The translations under genes and the position numbers were made by a program. DNA of 64,000 nt, taken from Candidatus Thorarchaeota archaeon. Its GTDB lineage: Archaea > Asgardarchaeota > Thorarchaeia > Thorarchaeales > Thorarchaeaceae. Shown here piece by piece: positions 26,907 through 35,441 of this stretch. The first letter of the stretch is position 1, and each line of letters starts with the position of its first letter. Where the stretch lies: assembly GCA_029855935.1 (NCBI GenBank), contig JAGSHN010000031.1:64001-128000 (forward strand). The letters are read 5' to 3'. The notes below the pieces were generated by a model. It worked only from the letters and a program-made list of their open reading frames with translations, was not told the DNA's origin and did not search any database.

Positions 26907-29531
26907 TTGCTCATAGTTCAGGACACCAAAACCAATGATGTCATTCGTATCATCACAGTTGACGCACTCGTGCAGCTCGGCGAGGTCCGGGCAGGCAAAC
27001 ACGTCAGGAGATTCGACCCTCAGAGGCTCTTGGGATATTTCCGTGCGGTCAATGATCACCTGCTCAGCTTCGCGAGCAGGTACGGCGATGCCTATCGGTA
27101 TCTCCCCCTTCGCAACCGCCCGAATCCATCTGCGGCCCCATTGATTGGCGATTTGTATGAGGGTACAACCGATATTGCTCGTAGCTGGCTGGTGGACCTC
27201 TTTCTCGTGGCGCCTCTTGTGAAAGTGGGGGACATTGTACTACCTTCGAACCAGCAGACATCCAACGTACGCCTGGCCAGAAACTGGTGCCTGATGTCAC
27301 AGCACTCGTCACGACTCTACGTCGCTCAAGACCTCCGACAGGGACGGGTAGATGACCCCGGCTGGGTCACCTTTGTGACAGCCTCTGATCTGTCTGGCGG
27401 GCACAGCAGCATCAGTACCCGAGCATTGACCACAGCGATAGAGAGGAACAGTCCGCTCATAGTCTCGCTGAGTGGAACAGAAGACGTCGACACACTACTG
27501 GAATGGCTCGTTAGGCTGAGAGAGGGTCACGCCGACACGCCACGGCTGATGTTTCACATTCGCTCATACGAGGAGTGGGAAGGATCCATCGGGAGACTGC
27601 TCGACATTCCAAAGTCAATGCTGCTGACAAGCGGAGCGACCATCACACGCCTGTCAGAGGTCATCAGATATCTACGTAGGCACGACGGCGGAGACTGGTC
27701 CCGCAGACTCGTCTTCGCAAGCGCCTATCCTGAAACTCAATCGGGTGACAGCATTCCCGAGATCCTGAGTTTTCTGCTGAGCAAGAGCCTTTCAGCGACT
27801 CCACTGGACCTTCACAGAATTCTGGGTGGAAATCTGCTGGGAATGCTACCACCACGGCCCACATTCCTCAGACTTGCGGACTCAAAGGCGTCGGTGGTAA
27901 TGGAAGCCACACTCGGCCGGCTGGGACTACGCGAGATAACGAGATTTCTCAAGGTACTTCTCCGTGGCGACCGTGTGGGCCTAGTCTCAGTGGACTTCAT
28001 GGTGACGAAGGAGGGCCGGGTGTCAACCTCAGATGCTGTGCTGACACTTGCGGACATCTACGAGAGCACAGCAAGGGCCTTCGCCCTGTGCACAGAGAGG
28101 GATGGCACCTTGATAGCCACAGGATGGCGTGGTTCGTTTGAGGAGGTTCTAGAGGAACGGGACGATGACACCTTCAGGACAATAGTACGTTCCACTGCGT
28201 CATCAGAGGCAACAGTGTTCGACTCTCCAGCCCATCTCAACCAGCTCGGAGCGATGCTCGTGCGTTTCCTTGGGCTGTCGGAGGCCAATGCCGTTCTCTC
28301 AGCACTTCACTACAGAGTCAGCGTGCGGCACAGCTCACCAGGCATGGTATTGATGGCACCCGAGGACCTCAGCGCACTCGGAATAGCCAGCGGCGAGAGA
28401 GCAATCATACTTCACAGTGGAACCCGGCAGTGGTGGGGAGGCACTGTCAGAGAACTCAACACGATTCCCAGGCATGAGGTCGGCATAAGTGACAGAGAAG
28501 CGGGCCTCTTCGGCGCGAATGAGGGCACCTCTGTCGATGTCGTTAGATGTCAGATGACACCACAGACATTGGAGGAGCTCGTCATCGGTTTTGAGAGAAG
28601 CGACGGGCACGTATCGATCGAGGATGATGCCTACCTGTACATGCATCATCAGGCAATTCGGCAGCGACTGGAGGGGGCAATGGTTGGCATCGGCACGCGC
28701 CTCAATGTCTTTCCGACCGACACCACGATTAGGGCCTCAGTCATCGCCACTGAGCCGCCGTTGATGCCCGGTCAGCTTGGGAGAGTCACTGAAGAGACCC
28801 GTATCCAGACGGTCCCGGTCCCGCTGCTTCGCGAGATGAACGTGGTCCTATGTATCATCAGCCATGGACATACCAGTGAGGCCACCCTCCCTGTGGAGGA
28901 TCCAATGTCAATAAGACGACGCCTCGAGCCGCTTCAGCAGGTGGTCCCCAGGTTCTCTGAGATAGGCGAGAGGATAGAGCGTACGGTCGACCGCCGCAGC
29001 GCGACCGTCATAGCCGGGTTGCTAATCCTCTCAGCCCTGAGTCAGAACCGTTCGCAGGGACGCTTGGCTCTCATTCGCGGGGGTGAGCGTGTCGAGAGAT
29101 TCGGAATACAGAAAGGGCAGTTGGTGAAGCATTTTGCAGAATTCGAAGATGACCTCTCCACACAGGAGATACTGCACTCAATCGTGGCCTCTATCGTGGA
29201 GTTGGCCGGGGGGCAGGACACCTACTCTCCGGACGAGGACTTGTACCAGGCCATCGCCGAGACCCTCTATGAGATGGGCGATGATATGCCGACAATGGTG
29301 ATCGTACTGTCCGACACGAGGCCCAATCCTAGCGATGATGCCGAGGTGTTCCTCCGTGCCATTGCAACGCACAAGAGATACACGATAGACTGGTTGACGC
29401 TCGGGGCTGAGGAGCAGCCAACGCCGGGAGAACGGCTGATGAAACTGATCAACAGCAGGATATTCGTGCTGGCGCAGCTCTCTGCTCGGGAGATCTTGGC
29501 CTATCTCCTGACCGCGGTACAATACCGATGA
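26907..29531 (+). CDS. Multidomain protein: degenerate amidohydrolase barrel, Cdc48/NSF-N-like domains and vWA-like domain
   Basis: RLVFASAYPE...RILGGNL (Amidohydro_2-like); MAPEDLSALGIASGERAII / GISDREAGLFGANEGTSVDV (double-psi barrel); NVVLCI..RLALI..MVIVLSD..WLTLG (vWA). Confidence 0.55.
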   Translation: MLIVQDTKTNDVIRIITVDALVQLGEVRAGKHVRRFDPQRLLGYFRAVNDHLLSFASRYGDAYRYLPLRNRPNPSAAPLIGDLYEGTTDIARSWLVDLFLVAPLVKVGDIVLPSNQQTSNVRLARNWCLMSQHSSRLYVAQDLRQGRVDDPGWVTFVTASDLSGGHSSISTRALTTAIERNSPLIVSLSGTEDVDTLLEWLVRLREGHADTPRLMFHIRSYEEWEGSIGRLLDIPKSMLLTSGATITRLSEVIRYLRRHDGGDWSRRLVFASAYPETQSGDSIPEILSFLLSKSLSATPLDLHRILGGNLLGMLPPRPTFLRLADSKASVVMEATLGRLGLREITRFLKVLLRGDRVGLVSVDFMVTKEGRVSTSDAVLTLADIYESTARAFALCTERDGTLIATGWRGSFEEVLEERDDDTFRTIVRSTASSEATVFDSPAHLNQLGAMLVRFLGLSEANAVLSALHYRVSVRHSSPGMVLMAPEDLSALGIASGERAIILHSGTRQWWGGTVRELNTIPRHEVGISDREAGLFGANEGTSVDVVRCQMTPQTLEELVIGFERSDGHVSIEDDAYLYMHHQAIRQRLEGAMVGIGTRLNVFPTDTTIRASVIATEPPLMPGQLGRVTEETRIQTVPVPLLREMNVVLCIISHGHTSEATLPVEDPMSIRRRLEPLQQVVPRFSEIGERIERTVDRRSATVIAGLLILSALSQNRSQGRLALIRGGERVERFGIQKGQLVKHFAEFEDDLSTQEILHSIVASIVELAGGQDTYSPDEDLYQAIAETLYEMGDDMPTMVIVLSDTRPNPSDDAEVFLRAIATHKRYTIDWLTLGAEEQPTPGERLMKLINSRIFVLAQLSAREILAYLLTAVQYR

Positions 29532-29600
29532 GGACTTGCCAGCAGAATGTGTACCGCATCACATTTTAGTCGGCCTCCGTACTAGGACTAACGAGCACTG

Positions 29601-29978
29601 ATGAACGAGAGCGAGGTTCCTATCGAGTTCCAGTTTGAGGATGGACAGGTATTGAGAGCCGTTCTCGATGTGGTCAGGGCCCCGCAGATTGTTGATGCAA
29701 TCAGGCACAGGCTGCCCCTTGAATCGAGAACAGTCCTTGTGAGAAACGAGATGAAGATACCGCTGGATATTTCGAGGGGGAATCAGAAGCCAACCCACGA
29801 GGTCAAGGCTGGCGACATAGCATATATGCCTCTTGGCGACTCGCTCTGTATCTACCTCGCGGACATGCGCACCTTCAGCCCAGTGAACGTGATTGGAAGA
29901 GTCAGAAGCATCGACAACCTGGATATGCTAAGGCACCTTCGCCGGGGCGCAAGGGTCACGGTGAGGCTGAGCGAATGA
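29601..29978 (+). CDS. Cyclophilin-like fold protein (TM1367/DUF369-like)
   Basis: AP..VDAI...LP, V.AGDIAY.P.G..LCIY, SPVNVIGR. Confidence 0.85.
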   Translation: MNESEVPIEFQFEDGQVLRAVLDVVRAPQIVDAIRHRLPLESRTVLVRNEMKIPLDISRGNQKPTHEVKAGDIAYMPLGDSLCIYLADMRTFSPVNVIGRVRSIDNLDMLRHLRRGARVTVRLSE

Positions 29979-30080
29979 CGGATCAGACAAGAGAAAAGGT
30001 GGACAGGCACACTTGATCTGTCTGATGAGGTGAAAGATCTCGTAGAGGAATACCATAGTCGCCACACAGAGATGATCGCA

Positions 30081-30632
30081 CTATATCCTTTGCAGCGATC
30101 GCAGGAGCTCTCTTGTCTCCGAAGACTCACGCGGTACTGGGTCAACGACTATACCTGGCTCGTATGTTTCGATGATGACCTCTACGCCTGAGTCGCGTAC
30201 TCGCTTGAAGCCTCTCTTTGACAGGGCACGTACAGTCAGCGTGGTAGTGTCGAATTGTGTCTTCCCCGTCGCCTGCCCCACGGCTGCATCATGCCTGAGC
30301 CGACTTCTCAACATTCTGACCTGTTCTTTCAGCTCGGCAACGCGGACCTGAAGCTCGTTTCTCTCCTCTGTCACGCGCCGCTCGGCCTCAAGCAGCGCCT
30401 CATAGTCCTTCATCGGGACAAACTCCTCGCTTCGATCGATCCAATACACTGTTGTGCCGTCTTGTCGGCGCCTGGTACGTACGAGCCCGAGAGCCCTCAA
30501 TACTGCAATGACATCATAGACTCGCCGCTTGGGGACGCCTATCGTCAGGGCAATAATGTCACTCCGGATGCCCTCGTCCCCGCACTCCTTTATGAGACTG
30601 ATGCACTTCTGGGCCAACTCAACGAGCTTCAC
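30081..30632 (-). CDS. E2F/DP-like winged-helix transcription factor with coiled coil
   Basis: LAQKCISLI...IALTIGVPKRRVYDVIAVLRALGLV...VYWI matches the E2F/DP DNA-binding domain; heptad ERNELQVRVAELKEQVRMLRSRL follows; GTG start at 30632 with GAGGTG SD. Confidence 0.8.
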   Translation of the reverse strand: MKLVELAQKCISLIKECGDEGIRSDIIALTIGVPKRRVYDVIAVLRALGLVRTRRRQDGTTVYWIDRSEEFVPMKDYEALLEAERRVTEERNELQVRVAELKEQVRMLRSRLRHDAAVGQATGKTQFDTTTLTVRALSKRGFKRVRDSGVEVIIETYEPGIVVDPVPRESSETRELLRSLQRI

Positions 30633-30728
30633 AGTTGCACCTCGGTGGAGAATCCTGCATGATCTCATATGGAGAGAAGGTGGTCCCCCTACTGCCGAAC
30701 TCTGTCTTAAGTGTTTGTATTATCCTGT

Positions 30729-30785
30729 CGATTTTTCGCGGTTCCGATTTTTCGAGAGGCGTATTCGGCCCACTGTGGCGCGAGA
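30729..30785. promoter_or_regulatory. Direct repeat and E2F-like sites in a divergent promoter region
   Basis: CGATTTTTCG at 30729-30738 and 30745-30754; TTTTCGCGG at 30733-30741; TGTGGCGCGAGA at 30774-30785. Confidence 0.45.
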
Positions 30786-30863
30786 TAGCAGCACCGACAA
30801 TTTGATAACATACAGTCAGGGGCCGTCAGTTGCTTGAAACGCAACAGAGCGGCGGCGATAGTG

Positions 30864-32198
30864 ATGAAAAGAAAGAGAGTAATCATAATGGGTGCTGCTG
30901 GCCGAGACTTCCACAACTTCAACGTGTACTTTCGTGACAACGAGGAGTACGAAGTTGTGGCCTTCACGGCAGAACAGATCCCCGGAATAGAGGACAGAAT
31001 CTATCCCCCTGAACTCTCCGGAAGACTGTATCCTGAGGGCATCAAGATATACCCTGAGGAGAAACTGCCCGAACTGGTCCAGAAGTATCAGCCAGAGCAG
31101 TGCATTCTTGCGTATTCCGACCTGTCGCACATAACGGTCGGACATAAGATAGCGTGGGTGAACTCCCTAGGCCCCGACATGCGTCTGATGGGGCCGACGA
31201 CAACTATGCTGAAGAGCAAGAAACCGGTCATTGCTGTATGTGCCATCCGGACAGGCTGCGGAAAGAGCCAGACCTCACGCAGAGTCAACAAGATACTCGT
31301 AGATATGGGGCTCAAGCCAGTCAATGTCAGGCATCCCATGCCCTACGACCCGGATCTGACCACACAGATAGCGCAGAGGTTCGAAACACTGGAGGATATG
31401 GACAGGTACCGCTGCACGATTGAAGAGCGGGAGGAGTATGAGCCCATGATAAACATGGGTGTCGTGGTCTATGCTGGGGTGGACTATGCAAAGATCCTTG
31501 AGCAGGCGGAGCAAGAGGCAGACATCATCACATGGGACGGCGGAAACAACGACTTCCCCTTCTACAAGCCCGACCTGCTCATCACGGTCGTCGATCCGCA
31601 CAGGGCCGGTCACGAGGTGACGTATTATCCGGGTGAGACCAATCTCAGGATGGCGGACGTGATCATAATCAATAAGGTCGAAACCGCCGACTATGAGAAC
31701 ATAGAGAAGGTCAGACGGAATATCGAGGCGCTCAACCCCGATGCTGTGGTCATCGACGCAGCCTCACCAGTCCGTGTCGAGGACATAAGCGTCATCAGAG
31801 GCAAGCGTGTGCTCGTCATCGAAGATGGCCCGACAGTGACCCACGGTGAGATGCGGTACGGCGCGGGCTACATTGCCGCTCGCAAGGCTGGTGCCACGAT
31901 TGTTGACCCACGGCCGTATGCGGTGGGCAGCATACGCGACACCTTCGAGAAGTACCGCCATCTTGAGAATGTCCTGCCAGCAATGGGTTACGGTGCCGAG
32001 CAGATGAAGGAACTTGAGGAAACAATCAACAAGGCGGATGTCGACGCCGTTGTAGTAGGTACTCCAATCGACTTGACCCGCATAATCAAGATCAACAAGC
32101 CCTCCACGAGAGTGCGCTACGATCTTCAGGAGATTGGAAGACCAGATCTTGAAGATGTCGTCAAGGAGTTCGTGGAGAAGCACGGGCTCGTCAAGTGA
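30864..32198 (+). CDS. COG2403 P-loop protein (cDPG-synthetase-like family; probable arginine synthetase ArcE type)
   Basis: GAAGRDFHNFN, RTGCGKSQTSR, RHPMPY, EEREEYE, WDGGNND, EDGPT.THG, LPAMGY. Confidence 0.75.
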   Translation: MKRKRVIIMGAAGRDFHNFNVYFRDNEEYEVVAFTAEQIPGIEDRIYPPELSGRLYPEGIKIYPEEKLPELVQKYQPEQCILAYSDLSHITVGHKIAWVNSLGPDMRLMGPTTTMLKSKKPVIAVCAIRTGCGKSQTSRRVNKILVDMGLKPVNVRHPMPYDPDLTTQIAQRFETLEDMDRYRCTIEEREEYEPMINMGVVVYAGVDYAKILEQAEQEADIITWDGGNNDFPFYKPDLLITVVDPHRAGHEVTYYPGETNLRMADVIIINKVETADYENIEKVRRNIEALNPDAVVIDAASPVRVEDISVIRGKRVLVIEDGPTVTHGEMRYGAGYIAARKAGATIVDPRPYAVGSIRDTFEKYRHLENVLPAMGYGAEQMKELEETINKADVDAVVVGTPIDLTRIIKINKPSTRVRYDLQEIGRPDLEDVVKEFVEKHGLVK

Positions 32199-32343
32199 GA
32201 GAGAACAGAGCGAGATGGGCAGTACCGCTGTGGGTGCGAGGAGCAGCGGTCCACTGCCTCATCTCCCATCGTCTTTTTGCGCACATCACTCATTGATTGA
32301 GGTATCTCCCGCATCGGGATATCAGGCGACAGCCCGTGGTCGA

Positions 32344-32356
32344 GAAAGGCTATAAA
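32344..32356 (+). promoter_or_regulatory. BRE + TATA box upstream of the aldehyde dehydrogenase gene
   Basis: GAAAGGC-TATAAA about 55 nt before the ATG at 32410. Confidence 0.55.
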
Positions 32357-32409
32357 CGGGCGATACATCGTTCGCAGCAACCTGGCCTTGTGACCGGGAG
32401 AAAGGCAGC

Positions 32410-34080
32410 ATGAGCGTGCACTATCCGATACTTGTCAGCGGACAGGAGAGAGACACCGGCCACTATACGATATTCCCAGACATGGATAGGGTGATTGAGG
32501 ACCCGGGTCTGGCGATAGCGTTGCAGCTACGCGATGCCTCAGCAGGTCAGCGACTGTCATTCAGGTGGCTGCCATTCCTCATCCCGCGCTCCGCCCCGGA
32601 GTTGCGATATCTGCGCGACTACCGAAGAGCACATGGAGTACCCAAGTACGGAAAGAGCGAGCTAGACGAGGTGACCTTCGCCAAGGTCTCACTGGCCCGT
32701 GACAGCGACATCGATGACGCACTCGCCACGGGAGTGAGGGATCATCTGAGTCTCTTCAACCCGTTCCGTGTTGACGGCATGGGTGTGACCCTCGACGAGC
32801 GGGTCGATGCACTGTACCGTGCAGGTCTGGCAGTCAAGAGGGAGTTCAGACAGATACGGGAGATCTCCGTCAGAGAGGGGGTGCCCATCAAGACCTTCGA
32901 GTGGACGTGGAAGATGTTCACCGAGTATCTTGAGAGAGAGACCTTCAGTCTCTGGGCTGAGGCTCTGGACGTCTTGGAGAGGCCCGGTAGGGACGGGGGG
33001 AGAAACTACAGGTTCAGAGAGCCGTACGGTGTGACATGCCTGTTCACGCCATACAACTCGCCGCTCGCATTGGGTATCCTCAGTATCACCTCCTCCATTC
33101 TCGCTGGAAATGCGACGATACTGAAGCCACCGAGCAAGGTGCCACTGAGCACGATTGTCCTCGGCCGGATAATGCTAAGCTCCTTTCTAGAGCAGGGTCT
33201 TCCGCCAGGCATACTTCAGGTCCTGACAGGGGGCGGAAAGCGGATGATGAGACGTTTCCTCTCCGACCCGCGTACGGGAGCTCTAGTGTGGTATGGTGAC
33301 AGCTCAACCGGCATCGAGTTATGGGCCGAGGCCATAAGAAGACGAATTCAGATGGCACCGGAGCTGGCAGGTAGCGATGCGTGCCTCGTCTGGGGAAGGG
33401 ATGTCGACCTCGAGAGAGTGGTACAGATCATTGTCAGGGGCCGCTTCCTCGGCGGCGGTCAGGCCTGCATGGCGATAAAGCGCGTTCTTGTCCAGCGAGA
33501 GCTGCACGATGACCTGATTGATCTCCTAGTGGAGGAGATCTCACATCTGAAGATGGGACGACCCTCCGACCCAGAGGTAGATCTACCGCCGCTGGGACTC
33601 ACAGCGCTGTACCTTCTGCTCGACCAGATGGAGGATGCCAGGGCCAGGGGCGCAGATGTAGTCACAGGAGGATACCGTTGCAACTTCCTTGGGGAGCCAG
33701 ATTCTGCCGGACTCTTCTATGCACCCACAATCATCAGAAATGTGACACTGGAGATGCGCGTGATGCGGGAGGAGGTCTTCGCGCCAGCCCTGCCAGTGAT
33801 GAGTGTGGACAGCGTGGAGCAGGCTATCGGGATTGCGAATCAGTCCAGATACGGCCTGCGCGCATCTGTGTTCACGGACGATGAGAGAGTCAGGGCCAGA
33901 TGGATCAAGGAAGTACAAGCGGGAGGGATAATAGTCGAACAGGACCATCTCTACTTCGATCCTCACATGCCGCATCTGGGCGGCTACAAAGACTCCGGAA
34001 TAATCGGTGCAAAGTACTTTCCAGTGATGCTCACTCGAATGAAATACGTACATACGGGACCGGGCGTGTCACCACTATGA
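32410..34080 (+). CDS. Aldehyde dehydrogenase family protein with N-terminal insertion
   Basis: REPYGV, PYNSPL, LKP, ELAG, GQAC (catalytic Cys), EEVFAP, YGL.ASVFT, GGYKDSG. Confidence 0.9.
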   Translation: MSVHYPILVSGQERDTGHYTIFPDMDRVIEDPGLAIALQLRDASAGQRLSFRWLPFLIPRSAPELRYLRDYRRAHGVPKYGKSELDEVTFAKVSLARDSDIDDALATGVRDHLSLFNPFRVDGMGVTLDERVDALYRAGLAVKREFRQIREISVREGVPIKTFEWTWKMFTEYLERETFSLWAEALDVLERPGRDGGRNYRFREPYGVTCLFTPYNSPLALGILSITSSILAGNATILKPPSKVPLSTIVLGRIMLSSFLEQGLPPGILQVLTGGGKRMMRRFLSDPRTGALVWYGDSSTGIELWAEAIRRRIQMAPELAGSDACLVWGRDVDLERVVQIIVRGRFLGGGQACMAIKRVLVQRELHDDLIDLLVEEISHLKMGRPSDPEVDLPPLGLTALYLLLDQMEDARARGADVVTGGYRCNFLGEPDSAGLFYAPTIIRNVTLEMRVMREEVFAPALPVMSVDSVEQAIGIANQSRYGLRASVFTDDERVRARWIKEVQAGGIIVEQDHLYFDPHMPHLGGYKDSGIIGAKYFPVMLTRMKYVHTGPGVSPL

Positions 34081-35435
34081 CAGAGCCGAGAGGCCGTGAT
34101 CGGGAGCCGGGTGGACGTCAGACCACACGAGAGGCGAGAGAGGTTGCAGTTAGACTGCTGACCGTCTTCACCCAGGGGGTCAAGTCCATGCATGCGGTAC
34201 TCCGGGACTACCTCTTCACAACCAGACCGCCCGCCAATCTGTTCAATCTCGTCCAGGCGCTGACTATGAGCACCGTCCGGTATCTCAATACCATCGACTT
34301 CATCATAATCCGAAGCGGACTCCCTGTGCGGGTGAAGGATCTGCCAGCCGAACAGAGAAATGCGCTGAGGCTTGCTGTCTTCGAGGGGCGGTGGCTCGGA
34401 GAGCCTATTGAAGAACTGAAGGCCGACTATCTCCGGGGCATTGACGAGCTTGCGGACGCCGTTGAACGTGCGACCGAGGCCGACTTGGGTCGTCTTGTGT
34501 CACGTCTCCCCGAGGACGAACGACTTGGAGTGATGTACTCTCACCCAACATTCATTGTGAGGACGCTGCTTGATAATCTCCCCGAGAAGCAGGTGCTGGC
34601 CCTACTCAAGGCCAATCTCTCACCGCGACCGTACTACGTCAGACCGAACAGGCTCAAGAACGAGGACGCCAACATTGTAGAGAGTCTCTCAGCGGAGGGC
34701 GTGAGAGTCACTCCTGACGGAGATGTAGAGGAACTCTTCCGTGTGATTAGTGCGCCTGACAAAGTCGTACGATCGCATCTCTTTGCGGAGGGCAGAGTCC
34801 TCATTCAGGATAAGGCGAGCCTGCTCACGGTCCGGGCACTGGATGTCAGGCCGGGGGAAACTGTCTGGGACGCCTGTGCAGCACCAGGCATGAAGACGCA
34901 GGCGCTATGGGAGATGATGGATGCAAGGGGGAGGCTGGTCGCTTCTGACGTTCACATGGCCCGGCTGAGGACAGCCGTTGATAGAGCGTCCATGCTTGGT
35001 CTCGACAGGGTGGCTTGGCTCCACACCGATGCGTCGACGGCACCAGTCAGGAACGCGGACAAGATACTCATAGACGCGCCCTGCACGTCCACCGGTATCC
35101 TTCGAAGTAGACCCTCGTTCAAGTGGAAGCTTAACAAGAAGACACTACTGAACATAATGTCAGTTCAGAACAAGATACTCTACGGAATTGTCAGGGCATA
35201 CTTGGATTGCCCCGGGACAGAGATTGTCTACGCCACGTGCTCGATACTGCCCCACGAGGGAGAGTCACAGATTGACTCGGTCATCTCAAGATTTGATGTC
35301 GAGCTCGTGGACGTACCGATAGAGTGTGCCGACCACGGCTATGAGGGCTACGCCTGCTCTGAGAAGGTCAGACGTCTCTTCCCACACAGACACGACACGT
35401 CAGGTTTCTTCATCGCAAAGATTCGTATCCCCTGA
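34077..35435 (+). CDS. RsmB/NOP2 (Sun/Fmu) RNA m5C methyltransferase with NusB-like N-terminus
   Basis: IQDKAS, DACAAPG.KT, DAPCT.TG, YATCS, GFFIA. Confidence 0.92.
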   Translation: MTEPRGRDREPGGRQTTREAREVAVRLLTVFTQGVKSMHAVLRDYLFTTRPPANLFNLVQALTMSTVRYLNTIDFIIIRSGLPVRVKDLPAEQRNALRLAVFEGRWLGEPIEELKADYLRGIDELADAVERATEADLGRLVSRLPEDERLGVMYSHPTFIVRTLLDNLPEKQVLALLKANLSPRPYYVRPNRLKNEDANIVESLSAEGVRVTPDGDVEELFRVISAPDKVVRSHLFAEGRVLIQDKASLLTVRALDVRPGETVWDACAAPGMKTQALWEMMDARGRLVASDVHMARLRTAVDRASMLGLDRVAWLHTDASTAPVRNADKILIDAPCTSTGILRSRPSFKWKLNKKTLLNIMSVQNKILYGIVRAYLDCPGTEIVYATCSILPHEGESQIDSVISRFDVELVDVPIECADHGYEGYACSEKVRRLFPHRHDTSGFFIAKIRIP

Positions 35436-35441
35436 GAGGGC

